Positions 26,606 through 35,544 are shown, numbered from the stretch's first letter. The stretch is 64,000 nucleotides of DNA from an uncultured Oscillospiraceae bacterium (GCA_964577535.1 CAZNZO010000006.1:24550-88549), one strand, 5' to 3'. Numbers and translations are program-made. Notes: generated by a model not told the origin, from the sequence alone.

Positions 26606-27820
26606 CTAGATACCGTTTTTGTAGCAATCCACAAGGTTAAGCACCGTTTCCAATGCCTTTTGCATGTCTTCAACGGCAACAAATTCGTATCTGCCGTGAA
26701 AGTTGTGGCCGCCCGTGAACAGGTTGGGGCAGGGCAAACCTTCGTAGGATAATCTTGCGCCGTCCGTGCCGCCACGAATGGGGCAAACTTTGGGGGTTAC
26801 GCCCGCCTTTTCCATCGCCAAACAAGCGTTGTCAATAAGGTGTTTGTGCGGCAAAATTAGTTCTTTCATGTTGTAGTAGCTGTCTTTCACGTCCGCAGTG
26901 ACGGTGCCGGCGCCGTACTTTTCGTTCAAAAAGGCAACGGCCTTGGCAAACAACTGCTTTTTGATTTGGAATTTTTCTTTGTCGTGATCACGAATAATAT
27001 AGTTGGCAACAGCGCCGTCGCAATCGCCTTGCATGTCGCAAAGGTGAAAAAATCCTTCGTAGTTTTCCGTATACATGGGGTTTTGGAAAACAGGCAACAA
27101 ACTTTGCAATTCCATAAGCACCAAGCAAGCGTTAACCATAACGCCCTTTGCCGAGCCAGGATGCACGCTTTTGCCGGATACGCTAACTTTTGCCGCAGCG
27201 GCATTGAAGTTTTCGTATTCCAATTCGCCCAAACCGCCGCCATCCACGGTGTATGCGCCATCGGCATCGAATTTTGCCACGTCAAAAAAGTCGGTGCCGC
27301 GCCCCACTTCTTCGTCGGGGGTGAAAGCAATGCGAATTTCGCCGTGCGGAACGTTGCTGCTGCAAAGTGTTTGCGCCATTTGCATTATGACGGCCACACC
27401 TGCCTTATCGTCGGCGCCCAAAAGGGTTGTGCCGTCGGAAGAAACCACTGTTTTGCCAACGCATTGCAACAATTCGGGAAATTCCGTGGGGGAGAGTTTG
27501 CGGCCCTTTGCCAAAGCAATGTCGCCACCGGTGTAGTTTGTTAGAATAGGCTTAACGTCCTTGCCGCTTACTGCGCTGGAAGTATCCACGTGCGCAATGA
27601 AACCGAGTTTGTAGCCACCAGTGGTGTTTGCAGGAATGCGAGCGTAAACGTAGCCGTATTTTTCGTCCATTTCGGCGCTTACGCCCATTTCTTTAAGTTC
27701 GTCACATAGCAAACGAAGCAAGTTTTTTTGCTTTTCGCTTGAAGGATATTGTTCCACGTCGGGCACCGATTCGGTATCTATCTTTACGTATCTTAAAAAT
27801 CTTTCCAAAAGTTGATCCAT
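26606..27820 (-). CDS. pepT: peptidase T (tripeptide aminopeptidase, M20B)
   Basis: LLERFLRYVKIDTES start region, HVDT and DDKAGVA metal-site motifs. ATG 27820 lies 6 nt after GGAGG. Confidence 0.85.
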   Translation of the reverse strand: MDQLLERFLRYVKIDTESVPDVEQYPSSEKQKNLLRLLCDELKEMGVSAEMDEKYGYVYARIPANTTGGYKLGFIAHVDTSSAVSGKDVKPILTNYTGGDIALAKGRKLSPTEFPELLQCVGKTVVSSDGTTLLGADDKAGVAVIMQMAQTLCSSNVPHGEIRIAFTPDEEVGRGTDFFDVAKFDADGAYTVDGGGLGELEYENFNAAAAKVSVSGKSVHPGSAKGVMVNACLVLMELQSLLPVFQNPMYTENYEGFFHLCDMQGDCDGAVANYIIRDHDKEKFQIKKQLFAKAVAFLNEKYGAGTVTADVKDSYYNMKELILPHKHLIDNACLAMEKAGVTPKVCPIRGGTDGARLSYEGLPCPNLFTGGHNFHGRYEFVAVEDMQKALETVLNLVDCYKNGI

Positions 27821-27899
27821 CATAACCTCCTGCGTCCCAGAAACCAAACGCATTTTCAACTAGTTGCATGCAAGCAAAACGGCGAGCTTTTGCTGAAAC

Positions 27900-28484
27900 T
27901 TATAGCTTAGAGCCACGTTCTTCGTCCAAATAGGATGCCAGCAAATCGGCCACGTGGGCGTGCACTGCCAGTTTGTATTTGCCAAACGCTTCGCTTGCCG
28001 AATAGCTTCCGCCACGAACACGATCGTCGAAACCGCCCATGTGCCAATTGATGGCCATGGCTTCTTCGGCGGTTAGCTTTATAAATTGAGAAATTATAAA
28101 CACCGATTTTTCGCCGTGACCAAACGGGAATTTTTCTTCCACCTTGAAGAAGGGCTTTTTTACCCAACCGCTTTCTTCCTTTACGTTACGGTATTCGATG
28201 GAATAGAAATTGACTTTGCACACGTCGTGCAACAGCCCGACAATGGCCAGCGTTTCGTCCGAATACTTTGCGCTTTCCTCTTCGTCGGCACGCACCATCT
28301 TTACCAAGCGGTGATAAACGTTTAGCGAGTGTTGGCACAATCCGCCCACTTCCGCCATGTGGAAACGAGCCGATGCCGGAGCGGAAAAGAAATCGCTGTT
28401 GCAAAGATATTCCAGCAACTTGTCGGCGCCTTCACGCTTAACGTAGGTAGTAAAAACGTCAATAAATTCGTTTTTTGCTGTCAT
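27900..28484 (-). CDS. HD-domain phosphohydrolase
   Basis: 194 aa. H...HD motif (GLLHDVCK). Confidence 0.65.
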   Translation of the reverse strand: MTAKNEFIDVFTTYVKREGADKLLEYLCNSDFFSAPASARFHMAEVGGLCQHSLNVYHRLVKMVRADEEESAKYSDETLAIVGLLHDVCKVNFYSIEYRNVKEESGWVKKPFFKVEEKFPFGHGEKSVFIISQFIKLTAEEAMAINWHMGGFDDRVRGGSYSASEAFGKYKLAVHAHVADLLASYLDEERGSKL

Positions 28485-28579
28485 AACGGTTCCCCTAAAA
28501 AAGTATTGGGCATTTGCCCCAAAAATTGCATTGTAATAGCATTATACACCCGTTTTGTGCATTTAGCAACGGAAAAATT

Positions 28580-29932
28580 TTAGCAATTTGCTTTTTGACG
28601 AGTTTTCACATAGCCGTAGCGGTTGCGATAGGCCACCAAAAAACTTATTGTTACCACCAGCGACAATGCTTCCGCCACCACCGTTGCCAGCCAAATTCCG
28701 TCCAAGCCCATCACCGTCGGCAAAGCATAGATGCACACAATTTGGAACACCAGCGTGCGCGCAACGGAAAGTATTGCCGAAATAAGCCCGTTGTTTAGTG
28801 CCGTGAAAAAGCACGAGCCGAACATGTTTAAGCCCACAAACAAATAACAAATAGAAAACAGCCGCATGCCGTCCACCGTCATTTCGCACAATTCGCTGTT
28901 GTAGCCAACAAATATTTGCGCAATTGGGCGTGCCAAACTCACACTGAAAACTAGCATCAAAACGGAAATACCGCAAATAATTTTTAGCGATTTTGCAAAG
29001 ACGTTTTGCAATTCCAACTTGTTTTGTGCGCCAAAGTTGAACCCGACAATGGGCGTGACGGCTATGCAATAGCCAATGAAAATGGCGGCAAAAACAAACT
29101 GAACGTAGCAAATAACGCCATAGGCATCCACGCCTGTTTCTCCAACTATTGCCATTAGTTGTTTGTTATACAAAATTGCAACAAGCGATGCCGAAACGTT
29201 GCTAAGCAATTCGGACGAGCCGTTTGTGCAGGCAGCTAGCACCACCTTGCCGTACCAAGCAGGTTTGGAAAAGCGCAACTTGCTGCTGTTTTTGCACGCA
29301 AAGTAGATTATCGGTGCAATGGAACCAATTGCTTGACTTATTGCCGTGGCAATTGCCGCGCCCAAAATTCCCCACTGGAAAACGGCCACGAACAAAGCAT
29401 CTAACACCATGTTGGTAACGCCGCTTGCAACGGTAAAAACAAAGCCAAGCATGGGTTTTTCCGCAGTGGAAAGGAAGTTTTGAAACATGTTTTGCAACAT
29501 GAAGAAGGGCAAAGCGCACAAAAGCGTTATGCCATATTGCATGCCCAATTCCAAAACGGCAGGCGAAGCATCCATCCAAAGCGCAAACGGACGTAGCAAA
29601 AGCAAACCAACCGCGCCAAGCACCACTCCGCTTGCTGCCGCAACAATAACTATAAGCGTAAAATACTTTTTGGCAAGTTGCGTTTTGCCTTCGCCCATAG
29701 TTTTGGAAACTATCGCAGTGCCCCCGGAACCAAACATAAACCCAACTGCCGAAAGCGCCATAACAAACGGGTAAATCAAATTGACAGCCGTAAAGGCGTC
29801 CTGTCCCGCAAAACGCGAAACGAACAGGCCGTCGACAACGGAATAGATGGAACAAAACACCATCATCATTATGGGCGATGCCGCAAAGCGGAACAGCCGT
29901 TTGTAGGTGAAGTGATCGGATAGTTGAATCAT
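28580..29932 (-). CDS. MATE family efflux transporter
   Basis: Start at MIQLSDHFTYKRLFRFAASPIMMMVF. 12-TM MATE pattern. The upstream 118 codons of the track ORF cross the promoter. Confidence 0.8.
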   Translation of the reverse strand: MIQLSDHFTYKRLFRFAASPIMMMVFCSIYSVVDGLFVSRFAGQDAFTAVNLIYPFVMALSAVGFMFGSGGTAIVSKTMGEGKTQLAKKYFTLIVIVAAASGVVLGAVGLLLLRPFALWMDASPAVLELGMQYGITLLCALPFFMLQNMFQNFLSTAEKPMLGFVFTVASGVTNMVLDALFVAVFQWGILGAAIATAISQAIGSIAPIIYFACKNSSKLRFSKPAWYGKVVLAACTNGSSELLSNVSASLVAILYNKQLMAIVGETGVDAYGVICYVQFVFAAIFIGYCIAVTPIVGFNFGAQNKLELQNVFAKSLKIICGISVLMLVFSVSLARPIAQIFVGYNSELCEMTVDGMRLFSICYLFVGLNMFGSCFFTALNNGLISAILSVARTLVFQIVCIYALPTVMGLDGIWLATVVAEALSLVVTISFLVAYRNRYGYVKTRQKANC

Positions 29933-29941
29933 AACCAGCCT

Positions 29942-29970
29942 ATGATACTTTATGCGTGAAATTTTGTCAA
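29942..29970 (-). promoter_or_regulatory. sigma-A type promoter, near-leaderless
   Basis: TTGACA (29970..29965), 17-nt spacer, TATCAT (29947..29942), 9 nt, then ATG 29932. Confidence 0.5.
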
Positions 29971-30405
29971 ACAACTCGGCCCACATTGCAACGTTCGGCG
30001 GCAACTTGCACGTAGCAACGGCCAAACGTGTCAAGCACCAACGCTTGCGCTGTGGGCTAGCGAAGCCTATTTTTTTCACACGCAAACAAAAACGCTTGCA
30101 AAAAATCCGTTTGCAATTTGGGTGCTGACGTTCCCACACAAAAACGCTTGCACTGCTTTTGAAATTTATTTGCGGTTTGCAACGCCACAATGCTTTTGCC
30201 TTTGCAAGCACAAGTTGCCAAAGCCAAATTACGCAATACGTGCTGCAAACACGCATCGGCCAGCATGCTTGCAAATTGCTGCACACAAAAACACGTCAGC
30301 TTCCGCATTTTGCTGTAACACAATTTTTGCCAATTCCATATTGTGAAATAGACTTTGAAAGTCAAATTTACAAGCCGAATGTTTTCGGCGAACGGAGGTG
30401 AAAGT

Positions 30406-30615
30406 ATGTTCAACGGAATGTTCAACGAAGGCTGCAACGACGGTTGCGAAAAGGGCAGCTGCAATTGCACGTGGATTTTGTTGATTATTCTCTTTCTGTG
30501 CTGCTGTGGCGGAAAGATGAAGAACTTCAATCTTAGCGTCAATCCCTGTTGCCTAATTTTGATGCTGGCACTGCTTGTTTGTTGCGGCGGATTGACCTTT
30601 GGCTGCAACAAATAG
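30406..30615 (+). CDS. Cys-rich two-helix mini membrane protein (69 aa)
   Basis: GGAGGTG SD 5 nt upstream. MFNGMFNEGCNDGCEKGSCNCTWILLIILFLCCCGG...NPCCLILMLALLVCCGGLTFGCNK: 15 Cys, with an internal duplication of a hydrophobic helix followed by CC(C)GG. Confidence 0.6.
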   Translation: MFNGMFNEGCNDGCEKGSCNCTWILLIILFLCCCGGKMKNFNLSVNPCCLILMLALLVCCGGLTFGCNK

Positions 30616-30782
30616 CAACCATTCCTTGTACATAACAAAAGAAAAGAAGGGGGCGCACAGTGCGTCCCCTAAAAAACAAAATTTGCACCCATAATAAACT
30701 ATCAAACGGGCGCAAGGTGTCAAAATTTGCACACACCGTTTGCCCGAAATGGCGACACAACGCCAACTAGGACAAATATTGG

Positions 30783-30811
30783 TTGACAAAAATCAAAAAA
30801 ACAGTTATACT
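30783..30811 (+). promoter_or_regulatory. sigma-A type promoter of the DMT leader
   Basis: TTGACA (30783..30788), 17-nt spacer, TATACT (30806..30811). Confidence 0.65.
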
Positions 30812-30875
30812 AACTAAAAATTGAATACAAAAAGGAAATGTGGGAGAAATCCCTTGTCCATTCGCCTTTTGGAGT

Positions 30876-30912
30876 AAACGACAGACTAATATTTTAGTGC
30901 GTCGTTTTTTTT
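30876..30912 (+). terminator. intrinsic terminator inside the 5' leader (attenuator candidate)
   Basis: AAACGAC-AG-ACTAA-TATT-TTAGT-GC-GTCGTTT followed by a T8 run that ends 6 nt before ATG 30919. Confidence 0.65.
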
Positions 30913-30918
30913 ATAACT

Positions 30919-31917
30919 ATGAAAAATTTAGCAACAAAAAAACATAATATAGCATTGATAATGCTTTCCGCCACGGCCATTGTTTGGGGCGCGGGTTTTT
31001 TGTTGAGCGACACACTTTTGGTGCACGGTTTTAGGGACGTTCCATTCACGCTGAATGCACTAAGGTTCGGCTGTGCCGCACTTGTTCTTATGGCTGTTTT
31101 TGGCACAAAAATTAAGCTTAACAAACAACTTTTGCTATATGGCTCGGTGGGCGGTTTATTTTTGTTTGGCGGTTTTGCATTGCAACTTATTGGGCTTAAA
31201 TACACCACGCCTGCTTCCTGCGGATTTTTCACAGCATCCTATTCGCTGTTTGTTCCCCTTATTTGTTGGATATTCTTCAAAAAACGTCCTTCGTGGATAG
31301 TTGGCTTCGGCATTATTTCCGCATTGGCAGGTTTGCTGATACTAAACGTACCCAACGGCAACGCCGCACAGGGCGAAAACGAACTGCTTGGCAACATGCT
31401 GGCACTGGGCGGATCGCTGTTTTTTGCCATCCAAATTATTTGGGCAGACCGCGCACTTAAAGATAAGGGCGCCGATTCACTCGGCATGACGGTTGTTCAA
31501 ATTGTTGTTTGCGCCATTGCTTTTGTGATATCTGCGCTGGTGCTGGAAACAAAAAGTTATTCGTCCTTGCAAATTGATTGGAGCGTGTGCTGGTGGGTGC
31601 TTGCAATAGTTTCTCTTGTGGGAACGGCCTTTGCATACTTTGCACAAACCTTTGCGCAGAACCACCTTACTTCCACCGAAACTTCCATTATTATCGCTTG
31701 CGAATCGCCCATTGGCGCAGTACTTTCCGTTGCGTTGGGCGCAGACGTTTTTTCCTGGCAAATTTGTGTGGGCGGCTTCTTTGTGTTGCTTGCCGTTGTG
31801 CTGGTGGAAATTTTGCCTTCCGCATTGCAAAAGAAAGTGCAACAAACTGTGGCGAGCGACAGCGAAAATCAGACGGAACAACCCGAAAACGACCAAGGGC
31901 AAACACCGCAAAATTGA
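30919..31917 (+). CDS. DMT superfamily (EamA-type) transporter
   Basis: 332 aa with 10 predicted helices and a duplicated EamA pattern. No SD directly upstream. Confidence 0.8.
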   Translation: MKNLATKKHNIALIMLSATAIVWGAGFLLSDTLLVHGFRDVPFTLNALRFGCAALVLMAVFGTKIKLNKQLLLYGSVGGLFLFGGFALQLIGLKYTTPASCGFFTASYSLFVPLICWIFFKKRPSWIVGFGIISALAGLLILNVPNGNAAQGENELLGNMLALGGSLFFAIQIIWADRALKDKGADSLGMTVVQIVVCAIAFVISALVLETKSYSSLQIDWSVCWWVLAIVSLVGTAFAYFAQTFAQNHLTSTETSIIIACESPIGAVLSVALGADVFSWQICVGGFFVLLAVVLVEILPSALQKKVQQTVASDSENQTEQPENDQGQTPQN

Positions 31918-31936
31918 AAGGCCGAGCGGCCTTTTT
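31918..31936 (+). terminator. rho-independent terminator
   Basis: AAGGCC-GAGC-GGCCTT followed by TTT. Confidence 0.65.
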
Positions 31937-32005
31937 AGCGCAAAAACATGCTGATTGCAATTTCACAACGCATGTGCTAAACGTTGAACATCTATATTAC
32001 TAGAC

Positions 32006-32120
32006 AAAATCCTCCTGTGGTTATTCCTGTGCCCAAAGCACATTTTGTTTTACCGCAGGAGGATTTTTTTATTAGTTAACCATTTTTGAACCACCAGGGC
32101 TCGGTGGTTTTCGTTTTACA
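32006..32120 (+). mobile_element. solo copy of an IS200-type left-end-like hairpin module
   Basis: AAAATCCTCCTGTGG (32006..32020) pairs with CCGCAGGAGGATTTT (32053..32067). It is followed by TTTTGAACCACC-AGGGCTC-GGTGGTTTTCGTTTTACAAAAAAA. The order and orientation match the module next to the tnpA fragment at 58001..58136. Confidence 0.4.
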
Positions 32121-32166
32121 AAAAAAAGCCAAAACTCCCCCTTGGAAGTTCGGCCTTTTGAAAAAA

Positions 32167-32703
32167 CTATCTTTGAGTTAGTATTTTTTCCACGTAGTTT
32201 TCGATGGATTTTTGCACCACTTGTTTTGCCGTTTCTACGTCGTGAACTTCCGAAACGGATGTGGGCTTGTTTTCCAATTCCTTGTAGACGCGGAAGAAAT
32301 GTTGCATTTCTTCGAAAATGTGCGCCGGCAATTCGCTGATGGATTTATAGCCGTTGTAGGTGGGGTCGGTATAGGGAATGGCAATAACCTTTTCGTCACC
32401 GGAACCATTGTCGCTCATGGTGATGACACCAATGGGATAGCACCTTACAAGGGACATAGGCAAAAGCGATTCGGAGGACAAAACCAAAACATCCATCGGG
32501 TCGCCGTCGTCGGCCAACGTGCGCGGAATAAAACCATAGTTTGCCGGATAGTGCGTGGAAGTATACAAAATTCTATCCAACACAAGCAGACCTGTTTCCT
32601 TATCCAACTCGTACTTCATTTTTCCGCCTTTGGTAATTTCAATCACGGCGTAGAAATCGTCGGATTTTATGCGGTTGCGTGAGATATCGTGCCAAATGTT
32701 CAT
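32167..32703 (-). CDS. ppa: inorganic pyrophosphatase (family I)
   Basis: Start at MNIWHDI (GGAGGG SD). KYELDKETG and DGDPMDVLV motifs. Confidence 0.9.
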   Translation of the reverse strand: MNIWHDISRNRIKSDDFYAVIEITKGGKMKYELDKETGLLVLDRILYTSTHYPANYGFIPRTLADDGDPMDVLVLSSESLLPMSLVRCYPIGVITMSDNGSGDEKVIAIPYTDPTYNGYKSISELPAHIFEEMQHFFRVYKELENKPTSVSEVHDVETAKQVVQKSIENYVEKILTQR

Positions 32704-32729
32704 AGCATCTCCCTCCAAACTGTTGTTAG

Positions 32730-32758
32730 ATAATACACTATTACCAAATTTTTGTCAA
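32730..32758 (-). promoter_or_regulatory. sigma-A type promoter of ppa
   Basis: TTGACA (32758..32753), 17-nt spacer, TATTAT (32735..32730). Confidence 0.65.
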
Positions 32759-32931
32759 TAGGCAATGCAATTTTGAAAAAATTTTGATACAAAAAGGTTA
32801 TAAATGTTTTGTGAAAATATTTTTGCAAAGAAAAATACTGCCGCCCTAGATAAAAAAAGCAACAGCATTTGTGTTTGTGATTTTTTATTTGTTGAACAAC
32901 GCACAAAACTGTGCCGTTTTGCAAAAAAACA

Positions 32932-33264
32932 AAAAGTGTTGAAACGCTTGGTGCGCCAGAATACTTTTGAAAGCAAACTGTGCAAATAGCCATGCGGCAA
33001 AACACAGCGTTAACCCTGGCAAAGTTATTTGTTAAAAATACTTCCACGAAATTTGCGCATACACAAATAAATTAAGTGAAAAGTGTTTAACGCTTCTGAA
33101 CACAAAACTTGCAGTTGGCCGCAGATGATTAAACTTAAACGGTGACTTGCTTGTTGCGTGCGGTATTGTTATTTTTTTTGAGCACACAAAAACTATGGTT
33201 ACGTTGCAAAACAGCCCCAAAAACAAAAAAAGTGTTGAAACGCTTAGTGCGTTAGAACACTTTT
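32932..33264 (-). repeat. three copies of the ispDF terminator hairpin at a ~148-bp period
   Basis: 33228..33264 AAAAGTGTT-GA-AACGC-TTAGT-GCGTT-AG-AACACTTTT (functional copy, overlaps the ispDF stop). 33078..33103 is a degenerate copy. 32932..32968, together with about 35 more nt to roughly 33000, resembles the last ~12 ispF codons. Confidence 0.7.
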
Positions 33265-34307
33265 GAAAGCAAAGCTTGTGCTTGAACGGCAATGCCGTCT
33301 CCGTTGCCCAAGGCGCCTAGTTTTTCCGTTGTTGTTGCCGAAAGGTTTACGCAATCGGGCGAAACACCCAGCACTTTGGCCAAATTTTGCGCCATTTTGT
33401 CGATGTGCGGGGCAATTTTTGGTTGTTGACAAATCACCACGGCGGAAACATTTTGCACGGCAAATCCGCTTTGCTGCGCCAATTGCACGCATTTTGCAAG
33501 CAATTGCAAACTATCCGCACCCAAATAGGCATCGTCCGTATCGGGAAATTGCACGCCGATATCTCTGTTGCCCGATGCCGAAAGCACTGCATCGCACACA
33601 GCGTGCGCCAAAACGTCCGCATCGGAATGTCCCACAAGTTTTTTGCAGTAAGCAATTTTTTCGCCGCCCAAAATAACACCATCACCATCGCCGAAAGCGT
33701 GAACGTCAAAACCTGTTCCTACCCGAAAATTGGGTAAATCGTTTGGTACGGTTATTTTTTTGTTGGAAAATTCCCCTTCCACAAAGTGAACGTCGCCAAA
33801 TTCACCAAAAAACAGCGAACTTTCGTCCGTTTGCGTGCTGCCGTTTTCAAACGCCGTGCAAAGCTTTTGGTAACAAAAAACTTGCGGCGTTTGCACTGTG
33901 AAAAAGTTTTCGCGGTTTTGCAGTGCAAGTTCGTTCCTTTGCCAAATGGTGTCGGTAACGGGCAAAAATGGCACGGCGCTGCCAAATTCTTCCGCCTCGT
34001 CAAACAGTTTTTGCACCAACTTTCTGCTAACAAAGGGGCGCGCACCGTCGTGCACGGCAACAACCGTGCAACTAGGGGAAACGGCCGCCAAGCCGCGCGC
34101 AACCGATTGACTACGGTTTTGGCCGCCCGCAACGGTTTTTGCACCGCTAACAGCGCAATCGCCCACCACAACTATTTCGTCGGCAATGCCCACAAAGGCA
34201 TCCACAGAACGTTGCAAAACGCTGCGATCCAACACTTGTTTTTGAAGTTTGTTTTCACCAAAACGGGAAGAACTTCCCGCGGCAACAATAACTGCGCTTC
34301 TCATCAA
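33252..34307 (-). CDS. ispDF: bifunctional IspD/IspF (MEP cytidylyltransferase / MEcPP synthase)
   Basis: N-terminus AVIVAAGSSSRFG (IspD). C-terminus RVGTGFDVHAF...GHSDADVLAHA (IspF). A single 351-aa ORF. Confidence 0.9.
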   Translation of the reverse strand: MMRSAVIVAAGSSSRFGENKLQKQVLDRSVLQRSVDAFVGIADEIVVVGDCAVSGAKTVAGGQNRSQSVARGLAAVSPSCTVVAVHDGARPFVSRKLVQKLFDEAEEFGSAVPFLPVTDTIWQRNELALQNRENFFTVQTPQVFCYQKLCTAFENGSTQTDESSLFFGEFGDVHFVEGEFSNKKITVPNDLPNFRVGTGFDVHAFGDGDGVILGGEKIAYCKKLVGHSDADVLAHAVCDAVLSASGNRDIGVQFPDTDDAYLGADSLQLLAKCVQLAQQSGFAVQNVSAVVICQQPKIAPHIDKMAQNLAKVLGVSPDCVNLSATTTEKLGALGNGDGIAVQAQALLSKVF

Positions 34308-34549
34308 TCCAAAATTATTTCGTACATTTCGCTTGCTTGTTCTTTTTTTACCGTTTCCTTCAAGTCAAGCACCTTAAATTTCAAGTTTGCACCGGCAAAA
34401 TGTACGCACACAACGTCGCCTACTTTAAGTTGGCAACCGGGTTTTGCCGGCCGTCCGTTGACATCCACTTTGCCACCGTCGCACGCTTCCTGAGCAACCG
34501 TGCGGCGCTTCAAAATTCTTGAAACTTTCAAAAATTTGTCTAGTCTCAT
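34304..34549 (-). CDS. S4-domain RNA-binding protein (81 aa)
   Basis: Start at MRLDKFLKVSRILKRRTVA (GGAAGGTG SD). S4 fold signature. Confidence 0.7.
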   Translation of the reverse strand: MRLDKFLKVSRILKRRTVAQEACDGGKVDVNGRPAKPGCQLKVGDVVCVHFAGANLKFKVLDLKETVKKEQASEMYEIILD

Positions 34550-34580
34550 TTTGCACCTTCCGTAACAAAAAACGACAAGT

Positions 34581-35171
34581 CTACACTTCCTTTCTGTTTG
34601 CAAACGCGCGAGAAAGAGTAACTTCATCGGCATATTGCAATTCGCTGCCAACGGAAATTCCCTGTGCCAAACGGGTAACCTTTATGCCGCACTGCTTAAC
34701 GTATCTTGCAACGTAGGCCGCAGTTGCCTCCCCTTCGGTGGAAGTATCCGTAGCCAAAATAACTTCCTTCACGTCGCCTGCCAACCTTTGGAACAGCTGT
34801 GGCAAGCGAATATCCGATGCGTTCACTTTGTTTAGCGGGTTCATAACGCCGCCCAAAACGTGATATACGCCCTTATATTCGCCAAGACGTTCAATTGCAA
34901 TCACGTCTTTGGCTTCTTGCACCACGCAAATGGTGGTTTTGTCGCGCGTGCGACAAATGCAACAAGGGTCTTCGTCGGTGTAGTTTCCGCACACCGAACA
35001 AACCTTTACGTTGCGTTTGGCATCCATCACCGCTTCGGCAAAAATGCGCGCCTCTTCTTCGGACATTGCCAAAATTTTAAGCGCATAGCGTTGTGCTGTT
35101 TTTGCGCCAACGCCGGGCAATTTTGTGAATTGATGAATAAGCCTTTCGATAGGTTCAACGTATTTTAGCAT
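34581..35171 (-). CDS. recR: recombination protein RecR
   Basis: LIHQFTKLPGVGAKTAQRYA (HhH), C4 zinc finger CSVCGNYTDEDPCCIC, Toprim region. Confidence 0.92.
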   Translation of the reverse strand: MLKYVEPIERLIHQFTKLPGVGAKTAQRYALKILAMSEEEARIFAEAVMDAKRNVKVCSVCGNYTDEDPCCICRTRDKTTICVVQEAKDVIAIERLGEYKGVYHVLGGVMNPLNKVNASDIRLPQLFQRLAGDVKEVILATDTSTEGEATAAYVARYVKQCGIKVTRLAQGISVGSELQYADEVTLSRAFANRKEV

Positions 35172-35533
35172 TACAACAATCCTTTCATTGCGGCAAACGG
35201 AGCCATCAGCTCGTCTTCTTTTTGTTGCGCCTTCGAGCATGCATCGTTAATGGCGGCAAGAATAAGATCTTCCAGCATTTCCACGTCGTCGGGGTCGCAA
35301 GCTTCCGGTTTGATTTTTATGGAAGTCACAATTTTTTTGCCAGTGACGGTTGCTTCTACCAAACCGCCGCCAGCGCTGCCGCCAACTTCAAGTTCTTCTA
35401 GTTCCGCCTGCGCTTCTTGCAATTTTTGTTGCATTTGTTGCGCTTGCTTCATTAGGTTTTGCATATTTCCACCGCCAAAGCCGCCGCCTTTCACGCCGCC
35501 GCCGGCACCATTATATCCATATTTGTTTCCCAT
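35171..35533 (-). CDS. ybaB: YbaB/EbfC nucleoid-associated protein
   Basis: 120 aa. [19 protein letters not shown] motif. Sits in the conserved dnaX-ybaB-recR context. Confidence 0.88.
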   Translation of the reverse strand: MGNKYGYNGAGGGVKGGGFGGGNMQNLMKQAQQMQQKLQEAQAELEELEVGGSAGGGLVEATVTGKKIVTSIKIKPEACDPDDVEMLEDLILAAINDACSKAQQKEDELMAPFAAMKGLL

Positions 35534-35544
35534 GGTTTTGCTCC

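Noticed and set aside
29933-30286. N-terminal extensions of track ORFs (28580..30286, 56207..57538, 12258..12908, 13586..14599, 17638..18651, 60825..61958, 10958..11659)
   Set aside because: The extensions run through promoters, terminators or the neighbouring gene. Internal ATG or GTG codons with an SD, or a promoter-adjacent ATG, match the conserved protein N-termini.
30057-30638. 193-aa minus-strand ORF overlapping the Cys-rich peptide gene
   Set aside because: It has no SD or promoter, and it overlaps a plus-strand gene that has a strong SD. Its composition is non-protein-like.
33048-33227. 6S RNA, SRP RNA or another known ncRNA in the ppa-ispDF spacer or upstream of dnaX
   Set aside because: I could not recognise any conserved ncRNA motif by eye. 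dnaX is directly preceded by sigH, so there is no room for an scRNA gene. An Infernal scan is needed to settle this.
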